Assembly (NCBI GenBank): GCA_964016885.1
Contig: OZ024740.1
Location: 224,254,001 to 224,318,000, forward strand
Length of the DNA stretch: 64,000 bases
Source: Eledone cirrhosa
Taxonomy: Eukaryota
Direction: 5' to 3'
Program-made: the position numbers and the translations under genes
In this document: positions 26,591 to 42,188 of the stretch, piece by piece
Numbering within the stretch: position 1 is the stretch's first letter
Layout of the letters: each line of letters begins with the position of its first letter
The notes under the pieces: generated by a model
Seen by the model: the letters and a program-made list of their open reading frames with translations, nothing else
Database searches by the model: none
What the model was told of the DNA's origin: nothing

Positions 26591-28279
26591 AATACAGATC
26601 CCTATGAGTAGGATGTGTTCTCTGGCCCTAACTTGTCTCATAATGTTGCAAGCTGTGGTGCCCAGGTTTGTGACCAAAGCAACAAGGCTGGAGGCAGAGA
26701 ACGAGTGACATGTTGCATCCCAGGTTAAGGATTTACCTTCCTTGAATTGAAAGAGGGCTATTCTGTCAGGGTGCTTACTATCACCATGGTCAAGGCTAGC
26801 TGGCTCCAGTTGTGAAGGGAATTTGACTGTGACGTGTCTGCTCTTGATGATGATGTTTAGAATGGTGTGTCAGGAGAACCAGCCCATGTTAACTTGGTAT
26901 GATAGCGGGTGCAGTCCGAACTCCTCAATTACAGCTCCTGAACAGCATTTGTGTGGCTTGCACAGTTACTGTTTATCTCATTTTACTCACAAGGCCTGAG
27001 TTAACACAAGGTTGTGGTGAAGATATTTGCCCTAGATCAATAAATGTAATCAAACCCTGGACCTTGTGGTCATGAAACATATTTCTTAACCATTAAGCCA
27101 TGGCTGTATCTTATTATTAACACTACAACTGAGACACAACACGTTTGGTTGTCAAGATGATGATGTGGATATTTCCATCAAAAAGATGGTTCAAAGTTTC
27201 TTTTAATTTATCCACACAGTTGAAATCTACCAGTGAATTTGACTGACATTTCTTTAAAAGATTTGTTGAATAATATTTGTGCTATTAATAAAAAACACCA
27301 ATGGAAATGTTAAGTAAATAAAGTTGAGTTCATTGACACTTGCTCAAAGTATATATCAATGTAGACAGTAACTTTATTGATTAAACAATGTTTGATTCAC
27401 TAAAGTGATGAGAAATAGTCTATCTCTTGGTAAATCTGAAACACTAATGAAATGGATAGGTGTTGAATATATGTGGTTATTTGTAGTATAATAACTTTGT
27501 AGTATAATAACTTTGGCTCATTTGTTGTAGGCGTTCTAAAGAAGTACTGGTGAAGAGATAGGTCATGATGGAATTAAACAGATTATTTTCTCTTTGTATT
27601 TCATTAAAAATAATAGTAGTGTGAGTTTTTGGCTGTATTTAATAATTGCCTCCGAGAAGAGAAGAAGGAAGGTATTATCAAACTGAGTCCTTGCAACAGA
27701 GTGGGCTCTGCTAACGTCACTCAAGAACCAAGTAGTTAGTTATGTTAAACTGGGTGATAGATAGTTTATCACCTAAGTTAGCTCAGTCAGATTTGAGCAC
27801 GGAATACAAAGGGCCAAATCAAATATTACAAGGCATCTCATCTTTGCTCTTAAAATTCCAACAACCCACCACCTTTATTGATGTTGTATTTCACTGGATC
27901 TGAAAGCAAGAAAAGCAATGTTGAATTTGTATTTGTAGCCAGAGAGCAGAGGGCTAGAACACGTGCCACAATACATTTTAAGTGATGTTCTAATAACTTT
28001 AATTTGTCTCTATTGTTGTCAGGTTTGATGAATTGAACTGATTTTTTCTACAGATATGAACTGATTTTTTCTACAAATATTAAAGTTGATGTGTTAATTT
28101 AACAGATGGAAAGAATTAATATATGCATTAAACAAAAAAAAATGATTGAAATCAGTATGACCTGAATATGATCTGAATTGACAACACCCCAAACTTCATT
28201 CACTTACTGAGTAGAGTGAAACTCGTCAGATCTTACCAAGGAAACAATGTTCCCATTGGTCTTTCCAATTGCTAATAAT

Positions 28280-28398
28280 TGTTTCTACTTTTGGCACAAG
28301 GCCAGCAATTACCCCAGTGTATTACTGGTACTTTATTTTATCGATCCCGTAAGGATGAAAGGCAAAGTTAACCTCGGCGAGATTTGAACTCAGATCAT
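28280..28398 (-). mobile_element. 5'-truncated SINE with 12-bp target-site duplication
   Basis: TSD ATTGCTAATAAT at 28268-28279 and 28399-28410. Confidence 0.85.
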
Positions 28399-29589
28399 AT
28401 TGCTAATAATGTCTATCAATCACAATTCTTGGCAGAAGGAGCAGCATGAAATAAAGTGTCTTGCTCAAGAGCATAACATATCACCCAGCCCAGAATTAAA
28501 TTCACAACTGCATGATTGTGAGTCCAACTCTTTAACCACTATTAATTCTTATATCAATTTTGAACACCACAATTTAGGCAACACTAAATATCCTACACAA
28601 GTAAAGCCCTATAATATCTCAGACCAACATAACTCTATATGTGTTTTGTATCCTGTTGCTATTATTTTCTTTTAGACACAGGCATGACTGTAAAGTTCAG
28701 AAATTTGCTTTACAATCATCTGGTCTTAAGCTGTATTCCACTGCATGGTACTTTGGATAAATATCTTATATTATTGACTAGATTTGACAATTACTGTGTG
28801 AATTGTGTAGGTGGAAGCTGTAAGAAAGCCTGTTGTGCATATAAGCATGTGTGTATATTTACTTTTGTGTTTGACATCCGAAGTGGTGATGTATGTCTAC
28901 ATCCTGCATAAACAGATACTCCTCTGCTCAGTGGTTAGATATACAAAGATGTTTGTTTTTTAAATGCATGTGATATCTGGCACCAAGAAGAGCAACCAAA
29001 CATAAGGTTCCACCTCAAAAATATTTGTCGAACCCATGCCAATATGGAAAAATGCATGGAAAATTAAGGGTTTCGGATTTTGGCACAAGGACAACAATTT
29101 GATGAGGAAGGTCCATTAAAATGATCCCAGTTTGTTACTGATACTTTATTTTATCGACCCCCCCTTAAGGATGAAAGGCATGTAAAATTCATAACGATAC
29201 AAAATAGCCATCCATTATAAAAGTAAGGACTTTTGATTTTGATGTCTTGGAACTGAAGCTAGGAAGATCAAATTTATTGTCAATTACTATTAATCAAAAT
29301 TTAAAGAAACAAAATATTGGGTATTTTCTTTTTTTAAATTTGGTTTTTTGATTTTAGTTTTGATTCCAGCCCTCCTAAAACTATCTTTCTCTATGAAAAA
29401 ATTAACAATTCTAAAGAGTTCTTTTAATTAAAACATTCAAGAATAATTTATTATACAAAAAAGAACGTTTGTTAATTTACAAATACTATCTTAATTATGA
29501 AATAATGGATTTAGTAAATCCCTCCAAATTCCTAATTAATTAATATACTATGTATTTCATTAGAAATATATTAATGAAAGGTTTAAACA

Positions 29590-30975
29590 CATAACGGAAT
29601 CTATGGTGGATCTAGAGAAGAAATTCTAAAAATGGAAACAAGGACTAAAACAAAGGGTCTTAAAGTTAACCTGACAACGACTAAGGTCCTAGTAAGTAGA
29701 GGAGGAAACAGAACTCTGATCCTCTCAGAGAAATGGTTTTCCTCAGTATGTAGGAAAGGTAAAGATAGAAATTCCATCCTCTGTCCCAAATGCAAATTCT
29801 GGGTACAGAACAGATGTAGTGGGATCTCTGGAAATTTAGCTAAGAATGAAGACTTTACATGTAGCAGATACAATGGGACACTAAGCAGTAAACTACCACA
29901 GGAAACAGGCACTATCATATTCTTAGAAGGCTCAGTAGCATCAGTAGACATCTTTTGCTACCTGGGTGACCAACTTAGCAGTGGAGGTGGGTGTTCTGAA
30001 AGTACAGTAGCTAGAGTAAGAAAGGGAGGGAAGACATTCACTACTACTACTGCTAGTTGCATAAGGCGTTTCCCTCAAAATGAAAGGAAGACTGTATAAT
30101 GTTTTCATACGAACAGCAAAGTTGCATGGTAGTGAGACTTGGGCACTGTGTGCAGAGGACTTGCATGGATTGAAAAGAAATGAAGCTTGCTTTGCTATTC
30201 TTGCATTTTACTAGATACGTAATAGTAATATACAAGAACAGCAAAGCATAAATGAACTGAAAGAAAAACTAAGCATAAGAGGAATCAAATGGTGTGTGCA
30301 GGAGAGAAAACTGTGTTGGCATGGACAGGTGATGCGTATGAAGGATGAGAGTTGCATAAAATGGTGTAGGGCACTCAAAGCTGATCGAAACCTCCGAGTG
30401 GGGAGACACAGGAAGACTTGGGATGAGGTGATAAAAGCTGACCTTGCTCAGTTACACCTCTCAAAGCAATGGCACAGGACTGATATCTCTGATGTTATGC
30501 ACTAATACAGAAGACCCAACTTTCCATGGGCACAGGTTAAAACTAAAGCATATATACAGTATGCAACACCCCTCACATACATCTCCCATGCGAACAGGCC
30601 AAATTATAAATCCAGTGAAACCCGTATCCCACAGTGTAAAATGTTCATGGTGGTGCCATAGCAAAAAGTGCCCAGCCCACACTGCAAACGTGGTCATGTT
30701 GGTATCATGTCAAAAAGCACCCACTCCACACTGTAAAGTGGTCATGTACGGCAAAAGTGCCATGCCCGCACTGTAAAGTAGTCATGTTGGTAAAATGACA
30801 AAAAGCACCCAGTACTCACTGTAATGAAGGGCATCCAGCTGTAGAAACCAAGGCAAAATCAGTTCTATGTGTGCAAGACATTGTCACCTGACCTATCATT
30901 CCCCACAACAGGACAACATATCTAACCCATGCTAGCGTGGAAAAATGGATGTACAATGGTGATGATGACGATGGT
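29590..30975 (+). mobile_element. RTE-like LINE 3' part (late RT with Cys-rich PHD-like insert, C-terminus, 3' UTR, (GAT)n tail)
   Basis: GLKVNLTTTKVL, CRKG..NSILCPKCKFWVQNRCSGI, FCYLGDQL, LCWHGQVMRM, GRHRKTWDEVI; ends CCATGCTAGCGTGGAAAAATGGA...GATGATGAC. Confidence 0.8.
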
Positions 30976-32778
30976 ATTCCACGTAGTTTCTATTTAACGA
31001 AGGCATTTGTAAACCCAAGGCTATATTAGAAGACCCTTGACGAAGTGGGTTTGAACCCAAATCCATATATTTGTGGACCAAAATTCTTAACCACACAGCT
31101 GTGACATATAAACAAAAGATGAAATGGAATATAAGTATTTTTTTAAGATATAGTTATATAACAAAACATTTTCTTCCAAGCCATAATAGTCAGTTATGCA
31201 AAATACATTGTACTAAAATCATCCTTTTTATTTTCATATGTTAACATTTTGGTAAACATTGCGTCAAATATTTTTTCTTTGATTATCTAATGGAATGGGA
31301 AATGGTTGTTCATCTTCAGTTGTTTGTGTCTACAACTGTAACACAGAATTTTTTATATCAAGCAATATAGAGATATTGATATTAAATCCTTCTTCCAGTT
31401 CACATACCCTCAATATGTTGACTGCTATGCTTTAGATTTAATGTTTTCTGATTATCATAGGAGTTATTGCTTTGAAACATCTTATATCCAGACAGTTATT
31501 AGTTTAGTAGCCTAGTATGAAAACAGATATGGGTTACATTGTTTTATAAGAATGCTACTTAAAAACTTCATATATTTCTAGGATAAGCCCTTGCTATTGT
31601 TATCGGAACATTTTATCTTGGTGCTTTAATCAAATAAAACACTCATTAATTATAGAGTACGTCCTTTGATTCCAACAGTGAGTGTTTACAGTTATGTGGA
31701 CTGAAACTACAAGAGTTAAAAATATCCCAATTAGAAGACAGCACAACAACATTGATAGTGTGATGGAAATATATTGTTGATGTTTTAGCCAGTAGGTAAG
31801 CAGCAGCCTGCCAACCCAGCATGCCATCACTTTACAATTCTTGTTAAATATTTTATTATATCATATTGGCAATTAATTCTATATATTCAATGTTACAAAT
31901 TAAGAATTTCATATTACTTATTGACTAATTTACACTGATATAACGATATACACTTCTAACTTATAATTTCATATACTCTTCTAAGTTAGAATTACTAAGT
32001 TTTAAATCTATTTTGAAAAACTTGTCCCTCATCGATTGCCAAAAACAACTGAAATTTAGTCTGAACATTTTTCCAAGTCAATTGATTGATGGTTGTAAAG
32101 AAAATCTGATGAATAAAGGAATACAAGAAAGTTATAACACTTATTTAATACAAGACACAGGATGAGAATCAGTGCTTTGAGCATGAATTGGTAGAACCAC
32201 AACCACCATTACCAGCAGCAAGGCACCTATACATCCATTTTTCAAACTTAAATGTAATTTTAATGAGCCATAATCAGTACAATTATCTCTTTCATTATTT
32301 GTCTCTCTGTGTGAAGATCAGGATCCTGAGATTCTCTCTCACGTCCTCAGATCAATTCTTGCATATCTTACTTTGGCAACATCTTCCCTTCACTTGGAAA
32401 TGTGGGCCCTTCTTTACCCAACAGTCATCATTCATATACATTATGTGCAATCTTCTCTCTTACATACTACATCTGATTACATTTATGAACATAACATAAC
32501 ATGACATAAAATGTCATTTATAAAGTATATGAAGGTTTTACGTACGTATTTTTTATTAGTAAAGACAGTCTAGTATAGTGTAGTTGGTGTATTTTCATAA
32601 TAGTAATATCTGTGTCTTAGGGCTATCATATGAGATTAGGTTGAAATTTCACTATGTTGATGCCCCCCCCCCCCCCCATTGGTTTCAACATTCAGTATTT
32701 TTAACAGAGGTGCATCTTTCACATGAATAAATGAGGTTAACAGCTGAATATTCTACTGACAAATGTACTTTGAATGTG

Positions 32779-33096
32779 CCGTATTTGCTGCCCTATTGGA
32801 CCCCCCTTCGTGTAAGGACATTTTAAGAAAAAAAGAATTTTGATACACTTTTTCATAAATGTCCTAAAAATTGTTTTTTTCAGAAACTTGAATATAAGTT
32901 TGAAATCATTTTGCTTATATAAATTCTATTGTATTACTTATTAATACTAATAGTAATGCAAACTGAATTTTTTAACCATGATTGACCTCACTCTCCATTC
33001 AACCTCCCATTGTTGATATGGGCGTATTGGACATAGGAAAGACATTTCACATGATTTTGTTTTAAAAAATTGCATACAATAGGACAGCAAATATGG
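32779..33096. mobile_element. MITE with 20-bp terminal inverted repeats (pogo/Tigger-like CCGTATTT ends)
   Basis: CCGTATTTGCTGCCCTATTG ... CAATAGGACAGCAAATATGG (18/20 complementary); TA TSD not intact. Confidence 0.7.
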
Positions 33097-34593
33097 TCAT
33101 TCTCAGTCAGGATCTGATTAATACAATATGTGAGGAAATTTGACTGTTGATTTATAGGTAAAATCCATCTGTCAAGCTTTCACACAGTTTCATTCTACTG
33201 AATTTTTCTCTCAATGCTTGGATCGACCCAAGATGAAGACCTCTAATAACTAATAACTTGCCATTGAATCTGAGACTTTCTGATTGGGAAGTGAATCTAA
33301 TCAATTAGTTTTTTCCATCTCATTGAAAAGTTTTGTAGATATTTTTGAATAGTCTACATCACTACTCAATATATTATGGGCCATAACTCAATAGATTATA
33401 GCCCAACAAAAGCATATAATTGTTGGATTAATTTGGGACATCTTGTTTACTTACTGACAAAACATTTTAGAATTGCTCCCATCATTTTATAAGAAACCCA
33501 AATGAAGAGTCACTGAGCAGTTTCCCATTTCGAACATCATTAACTCTGGCTCTGTTTTAGTGTTTTATTACATTTATACTTTACAATACTACATCTATAT
33601 TTTATAATGACTACATTAATATCATCCCATTACTGCATCAATATTCCCATCTATCAACATTGATATTACTCTTTTATGTTATAACATCGGATTACAATAT
33701 TTTTGTAATATCCTACTCTGTTATTAATTTTCTCTCTCTTTCTCTTCTATACTTCATTATATGCCAATGCTGTTGCTATAAGCTAAGCATCCTCTGTACA
33801 TTGTACTAACCAATTATCCCATGCTCTGTCATTAGCTTTACAATATTTTCAAAGCTTCTTTTTGAAGAATTTACTGGAGATGATTGGAAAATTTTCCATA
33901 AATCTTATGCAAATGTTCTGTAAATGTATACATTTGAACAAAAGAACATCAAATTTTTTTGGAGCCCCATAAATGCCATGCTGATATTTGAAAAGTTATA
34001 AATCGATAGGAAAATATCAATATTATTAACATTGTTATTTTCATTATTATTTTTGTTATTTTTGCTGTAGTATTTGTAGTTGTAGTCATATTAATAAAAA
34101 ACAAACCAAAAAACTAAGGATTTTGACGAATATTTTAGTGAAACACATCCTATCAATGTATGCCAAAATTTATATTATCTTCAGTTTATGCAATGTTAAA
34201 CAACTTTTGATGATAATAATTAGATCTCAGATTAATATGTATCTCTATTAAGGAATTTCATCCATGCTATTTATCCCAAATAGCTTAGCAGTGTATGAAA
34301 ATAAGAAAGAATGGAAATCCTGTAAAATTATAGAGAAAATGCAAGGAAATTAAGAGCCAACAATTTATATTTTGTTTGATTTCATACTTTGTTATTTAGT
34401 TATTTATTTAAAGAAGCAACAATTTATCAACAAATTTCCTCACTGTTAATACTTACCTAAGAATATATTAAGGCTGAGAAGTAATTCAATGATGGAATGT
34501 GAGACTGAAAAAGATATGTTAGATAGTAACTAGCTACTTTTGTTAAGATTTCGAGATCCAATCCTATAGTATCATTTGCTCACTAATTTCTGT

Positions 34594-34625
34594 ACTACAA
34601 CTACTACTACTGTTGCTACTGCAGT

Positions 34626-34687
<62 letters not shown>

Positions 34688-34696
34688 GGTTGGCAC

Positions 34697-34738
<42 letters not shown>

Positions 34739-34747
34739 GGTTGGCAC

Positions 34748-34780
<33 letters not shown>

Positions 34781-34787
34781 GGTTGGC
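34594..34787. repeat. (TAC)n microsatellite with three TAGGTTGGC interruptions (higher-order repeat)
   Basis: Direct reading. Confidence 0.9.
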
Positions 34788-37700
34788 CTCTTGTCTAAAG
34801 ATGTCTTCTTTATTGCTCACGTATTCCTGAGAGGGCCATGAGTGTGCGTCCTCAGACATAATTTCCAAGAGTTTCTATCAGAAGCAAACGTTTCCAAATT
34901 ATTTAGTTAGATCCTCAAGTGAAACCAATGAGCTTATGGATTTTATCCAACCATCTCACTTTTGATCTACCTCTGGATCTCCTGCAGTTGGCTTTCCCTA
35001 AAACATATGCCCAGCAATTCTTTTTTTAGACATTCTAATCATATATCAGTAGACCTGGAGGTGTGATCTAAAAGATGACTGCTCAAAAATACCCTCTGCA
35101 TAATAAACAAGGACATTTTTTTAATGTTTAGTCAGGGCAGATATTATAATCCTTCTTAGGTCATCAAGACAGCTATGATGAAGCGAAGAAAGTAACCTAA
35201 AAATAGAAACCCAAATGCTTGGAGAAGAATGGACTCCACTAAAGTAGCAAAAGTGCTTTGAGGTGGTTTTAAACTGGGATTTCAATTAAGTTTAGAAGCC
35301 AAATAAACAGAAGTGAGCTTTGAACACATAGAACTGGAACAAATACCTCAAAGAATCTCAGCCAACTTTCTGAGAATTCCAACAATCCATTACCATGGAT
35401 TGATACTTTATTGAAATAATGAATAACCAATTTGAGCTCAGTGAAGAAATATAGAAACAATAGTGCAAAGTATTTGTCCCCTAGTATAATGACTGGTAAC
35501 TCACTGCTTTAATCATGTTAAGTTCATATTCTAGATTCTAGCTGTACAGTATGATTAGTCTTTAAGCTGATGTCATGGGAATAAGAAGTTATCTCTCACT
35601 ACTTATCAGAATCTGTCTAATCTTATTTTGATGGTAACGGCTATTTACATGAAGTGACAAATATCCATATAATTAACTCGATGATTTTAGCTCTTGTATA
35701 TAAGGAGTTGTTTGTTGTATGCAAAGCTCTTTAATGTGGAATAGGCACTCTGACACAGGAAATGATCTCAATGCTCTTAATCGTATTATATCTAATAATG
35801 AGATAGTTTATGTGTACGCACTTATGTGATCTTGAGTATGTGTATGTAAGGATTGATGAAGGAGGTAAATGCATTATAGGCCTATTACACAATCCTCAAA
35901 ACGATAGCTCAGTTAGATAAAAACAATTCATTATAACAAAAAAAAATTCTACAGAATTGCTTAAGTATTGTTGTTTCTTTAGATAGTTATCTGAATAATT
36001 ACAAGCAGGTTAGCTAGTTGTGTGACACCTTCCTGCATTAGAGACAGCCATTGTTGTTTAGCCTTATGTTAAGCTTGATTGAATAGAGACATGATCAAAG
36101 GCATTCCATCCATCAACATCCCATCTTTAGGTTTCTTGACATTGTGTAACTCTGACTACATTATCCAATGTGTCCATTTAAAAAAAAGATAGTAGGGTAT
36201 GGTTTTAGGGAAATTTAGAAGCAGTTTTTAACTTCTAAAGTAACATTGTTGGCTTGCCACTTAGAAGCTCATGTTGGATAGATAGGTGAGGGGAAGAGGC
36301 TGATGCAGTAGTTATCACTGATTGTTCATCATTTTATTGCTTTTGCCATCTTATCTGCAGCATTTAGCTGTGCTATGCTCTTCAATTGAAAGTGTGAATA
36401 TTTTTTCTCTGTTTCTTTCCCAATTCTTTCTTTGCTGTAGCTATTTGAAAAACTTAAAAGTTTGTATAACTTTAAAAAAGAAATTTAACTAATTATTGGA
36501 CTGACAAATACATGTTTACATTTAAATAAGGCATCTCTCTCCTTAATGGATCCTTTCATGGTAGAAGACAAAGAAGTATGAAATGTTGAAAAGCAACCAT
36601 TTAATTCATGCCAGTATGGTAAAGTAAAAATGGAAATACAGCAGATACATAAAGAACATATGAAAGAGTAGAAAATATGTATATTGGGTGTAACTGAATT
36701 CACAACTTCATACTGGTGTAATTACAACTACATATATTGATATAATTACCAGTAATCGTTTTGATATAATTATCACTAAATTATGTCTTCTTAATAAAAC
36801 CCACAAGCTAGCAAATGCACAGTTTATTGCATTCTCTTAGGAAGATCTTGAGTACATTTTGAGATGAATTCATTATTATTAGGGAAAAAATATGTCTAGT
36901 TGATTATCCTATAACAAATATATAACATTAAATAGTAGTACAAACATAAAATCAGTTAATTATTGCTTGGAACCTTATAAATATAATACACAAAAATATA
37001 TAAAGAAAACTATCAATTCAAACACCACAAGAGTCATAGGAAATTTCTGAGGCATATTATTATGTTGAGAGTGAATATATTTTTATAGTTATTTTTATAG
37101 TTATTAAATCCTACTTTTAAGGATAATTTCTTAGCTATGTGTTATAACAGTGTCCATATCCAATTAAATCTAAGATTGTCAGAAACCAATTACACAATAT
37201 ATTAATAGTTATTATTAATTGTAGATATATTGTTAAAAACTGTTAATTTGTTGATTGGTTGTTGCTTACAATTAAGACATGACAGGGGTAGAGGGAGAGT
37301 GCTTGTGTGAGAGAGAGTCAGAGAGAATAATAAGTAGCTTTTATTGGAAATGATAGAAAGGTTCATGATGATGTGAAAGGGAAGAGATTAAACAAACCAA
37401 CAAACATAATTGTTAGTGACAGATGTGATGACTTGCTAGATTATTTGGCTATTTGCATTTTAAATTCACTTTCAATGTTCCTGGGGTAATGAATGGTATA
37501 GAGGAGATTTGCATGCATGGATTCTTTTCCACAAAAACCTTGTATTGGCATTTATTTTGGAAGAAGAATTGTCTCTATGCAACTCTGTCATCTAATTAAA
37601 CATTTGGAAGTTTCAAATTGTCAGAAAGCAACAATTGTTTCTTTCTTATGTCATGTTATTTAGTCATGTCCAACAAGCAGCTTCATTTTTATCACATTTC

Positions 37701-40276
37701 TCTTTATGTCGTTGCTACTATTTCCCTTCATGTCTTTGCTAGATGCATATTTCTCAGCAATTATTTCAACACTCACTCATACTTGATTCCCATTATTACA
37801 TCCCTACATTTGTCCCTTCATACCTTGAATGATAGACATAATGGGCTGATTAGTTTGATACCACACCTTAGTTTGGGATGACCTTTTATCACTGTTTAGT
37901 CAGTCAAAGTATCTTAGATAAATGGGAGAAAGGGAGAAAAGTATGGACCAGGCTTGCAAAAGAATGAACACCTCCCTCCAAATGCATCCAAAAGTCAGAT
38001 TATGGTGTTAAATTGGTTAATAGTTTCATCCTACCACCCAACTAGGCTACAATGGGATTTGAACTAAAAAGATAAAGAGCCCAAACAAATACTACAAGGT
38101 ATCTACTTCAATGCACAAACAATTTCATCAATGTTCTGCTTTGGAAATGGTAGTTTTTTACTGACCCCAAAATGGTGAAAGGCATAGTTGACTCTGATGG
38201 TATTGAAACTCAGATCACTGAGAGCCAAAATAAATATTGCAAGGTGTTTTGGAACTGCCAGGTGACGTTCATGTTGTGTATTGTATAGTAGACATTCAGA
38301 CAAGGTCACTCATCTCAGATAACGTCCTCTGTCTTCCCAATTGTCTCTGTCTCCGAAGCCTTTAAAAGGGGTCATGGGCACTGATATTTTACCTATGATT
38401 AAACAATAAAACAAATACCATGTTAATTGTCACTCCTACATCTATATACCTTGCAGCCATACATTTCATGCAAACTAAATTTTCATATCCATTAAACCAT
38501 GTATAACTAATTTTGTCTCAGCTTGTACAGATCGTTCCCATTCAATATTATTGTCTCACTACTATACAATATCACACTCATGGCAAAGTAGAGAACAAAC
38601 AAAATAATACAATGTATTGCTAAATACACGACAAATTTCCATCAAATTTTTGGTTTCATCAGACCGGCTCCTTTTAAACTTGCATGTTATACATATATGC
38701 TCACAAAACAATCATTACTATAAATAAGCAAACTCAAATGGAATGTCATGCTTTACAAATATCAATGCATATGGAATCCAATTTAATATTTATAATGTTA
38801 TTAACCTTTCCTCAGGTAGAAGTGTAGTTGCTCCCCTGACTTGCATTTGTAGCTTTGGGCTACATGTGTGTCATACATTCACAAATATAGAACTGCAGAA
38901 TTTTGACTAAACAAATTTAAATAGAATGCCCTATAGTATGAATATGAAACATTTATGTTCATGATATCATATTAAATGTTTATAACATAAATATGTTTCA
39001 AACAAGACAGCAACTAAATTTTTGCCTAAGGACGAGCTCAATAAATGCAGAAAGCCATACAGACTAGTTCTCTTGATTTTCCAACAATTTGGGTTTGACT
39101 CCCCTGGCGAAATATGTTTAAAGTGTATTTGTATGGTATACACATTAGATAATATTTCACATATACAAATAATTGCTGCAACAGTCTTTCCCTATCGAGT
39201 ATTGATAAAATTAGATTAAACTGCAATAAAGCTAAATATACATGCATCATAATTTTTATGTCTGTTTTGCTATACTGTCATTGGTTAAATGAGTTTTCTC
39301 AAGAACACTCTCTCTGAACTTGTCTCTTTTGTTTGTCACTTTCTACATGCTTCATCACTGTGAGATCAAGTCTGACTGCTTCTGCCCAAGTCTTCCTCTG
39401 TATACTTCAGCACTATCCTATTTATCTTGTAACTTTGGCACTTCATCAACCTACAAAAATTACCCATGTGTTTCACATATACATATGAACAGAATTTTAT
39501 CTCTTGTAAATTACACTTTCAATTCATCTGGGCTTTGTCATTTATACACACTAACATGACACATACAATGGCGCATGTTCAACTCTCATCTTTTTAACCT
39601 TCTATATTTTCTCTATATAATTAATTAGCAAACTATCTCTGTAGTATTCTATATTATTTTTGTCATGCAATTATTGTCTAGCAATTAGTGTCAAGTTTAC
39701 ACCCTCGTATGGTTAATTCCAAGAATCTACAAAATAGCTGTAGAATATGATTAGAAATGATAGTTGTTTCTGTCTGCTTCAATGAGACTCAGTTATGTGG
39801 AAATCACAGGCATTTCCTTATCAGTCACACATATGGTCTCTGACAGTTGTAATCTCAAAATTATTTTACAGTAATCCAAATATATATTTTTATACTAGAT
39901 TAGTTAACTTCATGGTGTATTTTGCCACATATTAAGTTTTTGTGTGAGTGGGGGATAGTATTGGAAATATAAAATTGTGTTCACAGAAATGATCAGGGAA
40001 AATAAAAATTAGTCCTTCAAATCGATTTTGAAATTTATTTCACTACAAAATTGGATGGAAAAAATGTGAGCTTATAAATTATTGAGAGTATCATGTGTGA
40101 AGATAATGAAAATAACAATATTCATAGAAATAATTACAATGTGACAAAACTAATAATCTCCAGCTATAAACCACACTAATTTGTAATTCACATGAGTATT
40201 GGGGTAGTTCAGTGTACAGACCTGACTCATCATTCCTATTTTTGTTACCCTTTTCTTTCTTTCTCCTACTTCCAGT

Positions 40277-40281
<5 letters not shown>

Positions 40282-40351
<70 letters not shown>
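40282..40351. repeat. (CT)n microsatellite
   Basis: Direct reading. Confidence 0.95.
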
Positions 40352-40356
<5 letters not shown>

Positions 40357-41254
40357 TACTTTTCACTTTTACTATTCTCATTTCTCTCCTTTTCTAACCA
40401 TCTTATGCCATATCCTTTATATCTATATATGCATATTACCTCTTTTACAAGCATATATATACATATACATCTATCTATATATATATATATGTATTTCTAT
40501 CTATATATATATATATGTATTTCCATGCATTTATATATATATAGAGAGAGATATATATATAGAGAGATATATATAGATAGATATAGATATGCCTGTGTAA
40601 TAACACACAAGCATTATGACAAATCATCAATCACCACTGAAAAGCCTTGATTCGAACAGTTCGCCAAAGTTCAGCAGATTAATGTTTGACTTGTACTTTG
40701 ATGGCTGCCCCTTTGGGAAATCTCTCTAACTACTAATCAGATGCCATTGCAGCCAAACTCTTTTATCACCTCGGAATATTAGCTGTTGCTTTGTATGTTT
40801 GAGAAGGTGACTAACTGCGGAAGCTGTCCATAATATAGAGTTCAATAAAAGGTTCTCTAAGTAGCAAGAAGTGCACTGAAAGTTTCTATGTAAGAGCATA
40901 TGACAACAGATAGTTTCCAATCAACCAGACCAGAAAACGAAAAGTCAAAAAGAAAAAAATAAGTAAGAAAAATAAAACTAGAAAATACACAATTCTCTTG
41001 ATGTTTTTTATCAGTATAAAACTTATAAAGAGTTTTTGATAATGTTTTCTTGTCCTAAGCTCAGGCAAGTGAAATAATATCATGTACATTTGACAAGAGT
41101 TGAATTTCAACTTCCAAGTTATATAGATAATAGACTACCTACTTAATCATCTTGTTGATTCTCTTTTCTCCAAGGTAGTAAAATTAATATTTTTGCAATA
41201 AGAGTATTATATATATCTTTCCCAATATAATGAACAAGTATTTTTCGTGATGGC

Positions 41255-41552
41255 AACATGACAAAACATGCCCAGCTAACACTCTTGACTGGTCATAATG
41301 GTGACACGGCAAAAAGCACCCAGACAGCATTGTAATGTGGTTATGTAGGTGTCACAGCAAAAAGCACCCAGCCCACACTGTATAGTTTTTATGTACAAGT
41401 CATGGCAAAAAAGCACTAAGCATCCATTTTAAATATGGTTGATATTAAAAAGGGCATCCAACCATAGAAAACAAACCAGAAACCGTTCAAATAGGACAAC
41501 CCATCTAATCCATGCTAGCGTGGAAAAGTGGACATTAAACGATGATGATGAT
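41255..41552 (+). mobile_element. RTE-related 3' UTR/SINE fragment with ~47-bp repeats and (GAT)n tail
   Basis: AAAAGCACCCAG repeats, GGGCATCCA, CATGCTAGCGTGGAAAAGTGGACATTAAACGATGATGATG. Confidence 0.7.
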
Positions 41553-42050
41553 ATATATATATCACCAATATCACCAATGTCACCATATAATATATATATC
41601 CACACCACACAAAAAACACACATGCTCGTGCGTATCCTCACATACACATACTTGGCCTCCAGACTCTGCACGCCCCCTCTCCCCAAACCCTCTGGCCCAT
41701 CTCCACACACACGCACATCCCACCCCATGTACACACTGGTTGTGCTATTACCCGAACATGGAACCTTGTTCTTCCCCAAACTCTCACACTCACATCCACA
41801 CATACACACACACACACACAAACACACACACAACCTTCCGCCTTCCCCGCTTGGACCCCCTGTCTCCCTCTTCCCTCTTCCCCACCATCCACCACCCCCC
41901 TATGCCTCACACCCTTTCACCACTTGTTTCATTTAAATTTGTTTACCCTCTTTTAAATTTTTTTTTCTTCCCTTTAATTTTCCCCCATTTTAATGTCTTT
42001 CCACCACTCCCCTTCACACCCTTGGAACTTGTTTCCTTCCCACTTTTCTT

Positions 42051-42080
42051 CTGATGAAGGGCTTATGCCCGAAAATCGTC
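42051..42080 (+). ncRNA. Degenerate hammerhead core in a probable Penelope-related fragment (~41555-42165)
   Basis: CTGATGA-AGGGC-TTAT-GCCC-GAAA; stem II is clear but stems I and III are not supported. Confidence 0.4.
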
Positions 42081-42188
42081 CCCCACTCTCAAGCGTGAAC
42101 CTAATACTAACACTTTGTACTGCACTCTTCGTTATTTTTTTGTTTTCTGTTTTCTATTTTAACTTATATATATATATATATATATATA

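Noticed and set aside
40700-40880. Minus-strand terminal exon (HFLLLREPFIELYIMDSFRS or alternative frame)
   Set aside because: Acceptor-like site present, but no recognisable protein and the frame is ambiguous
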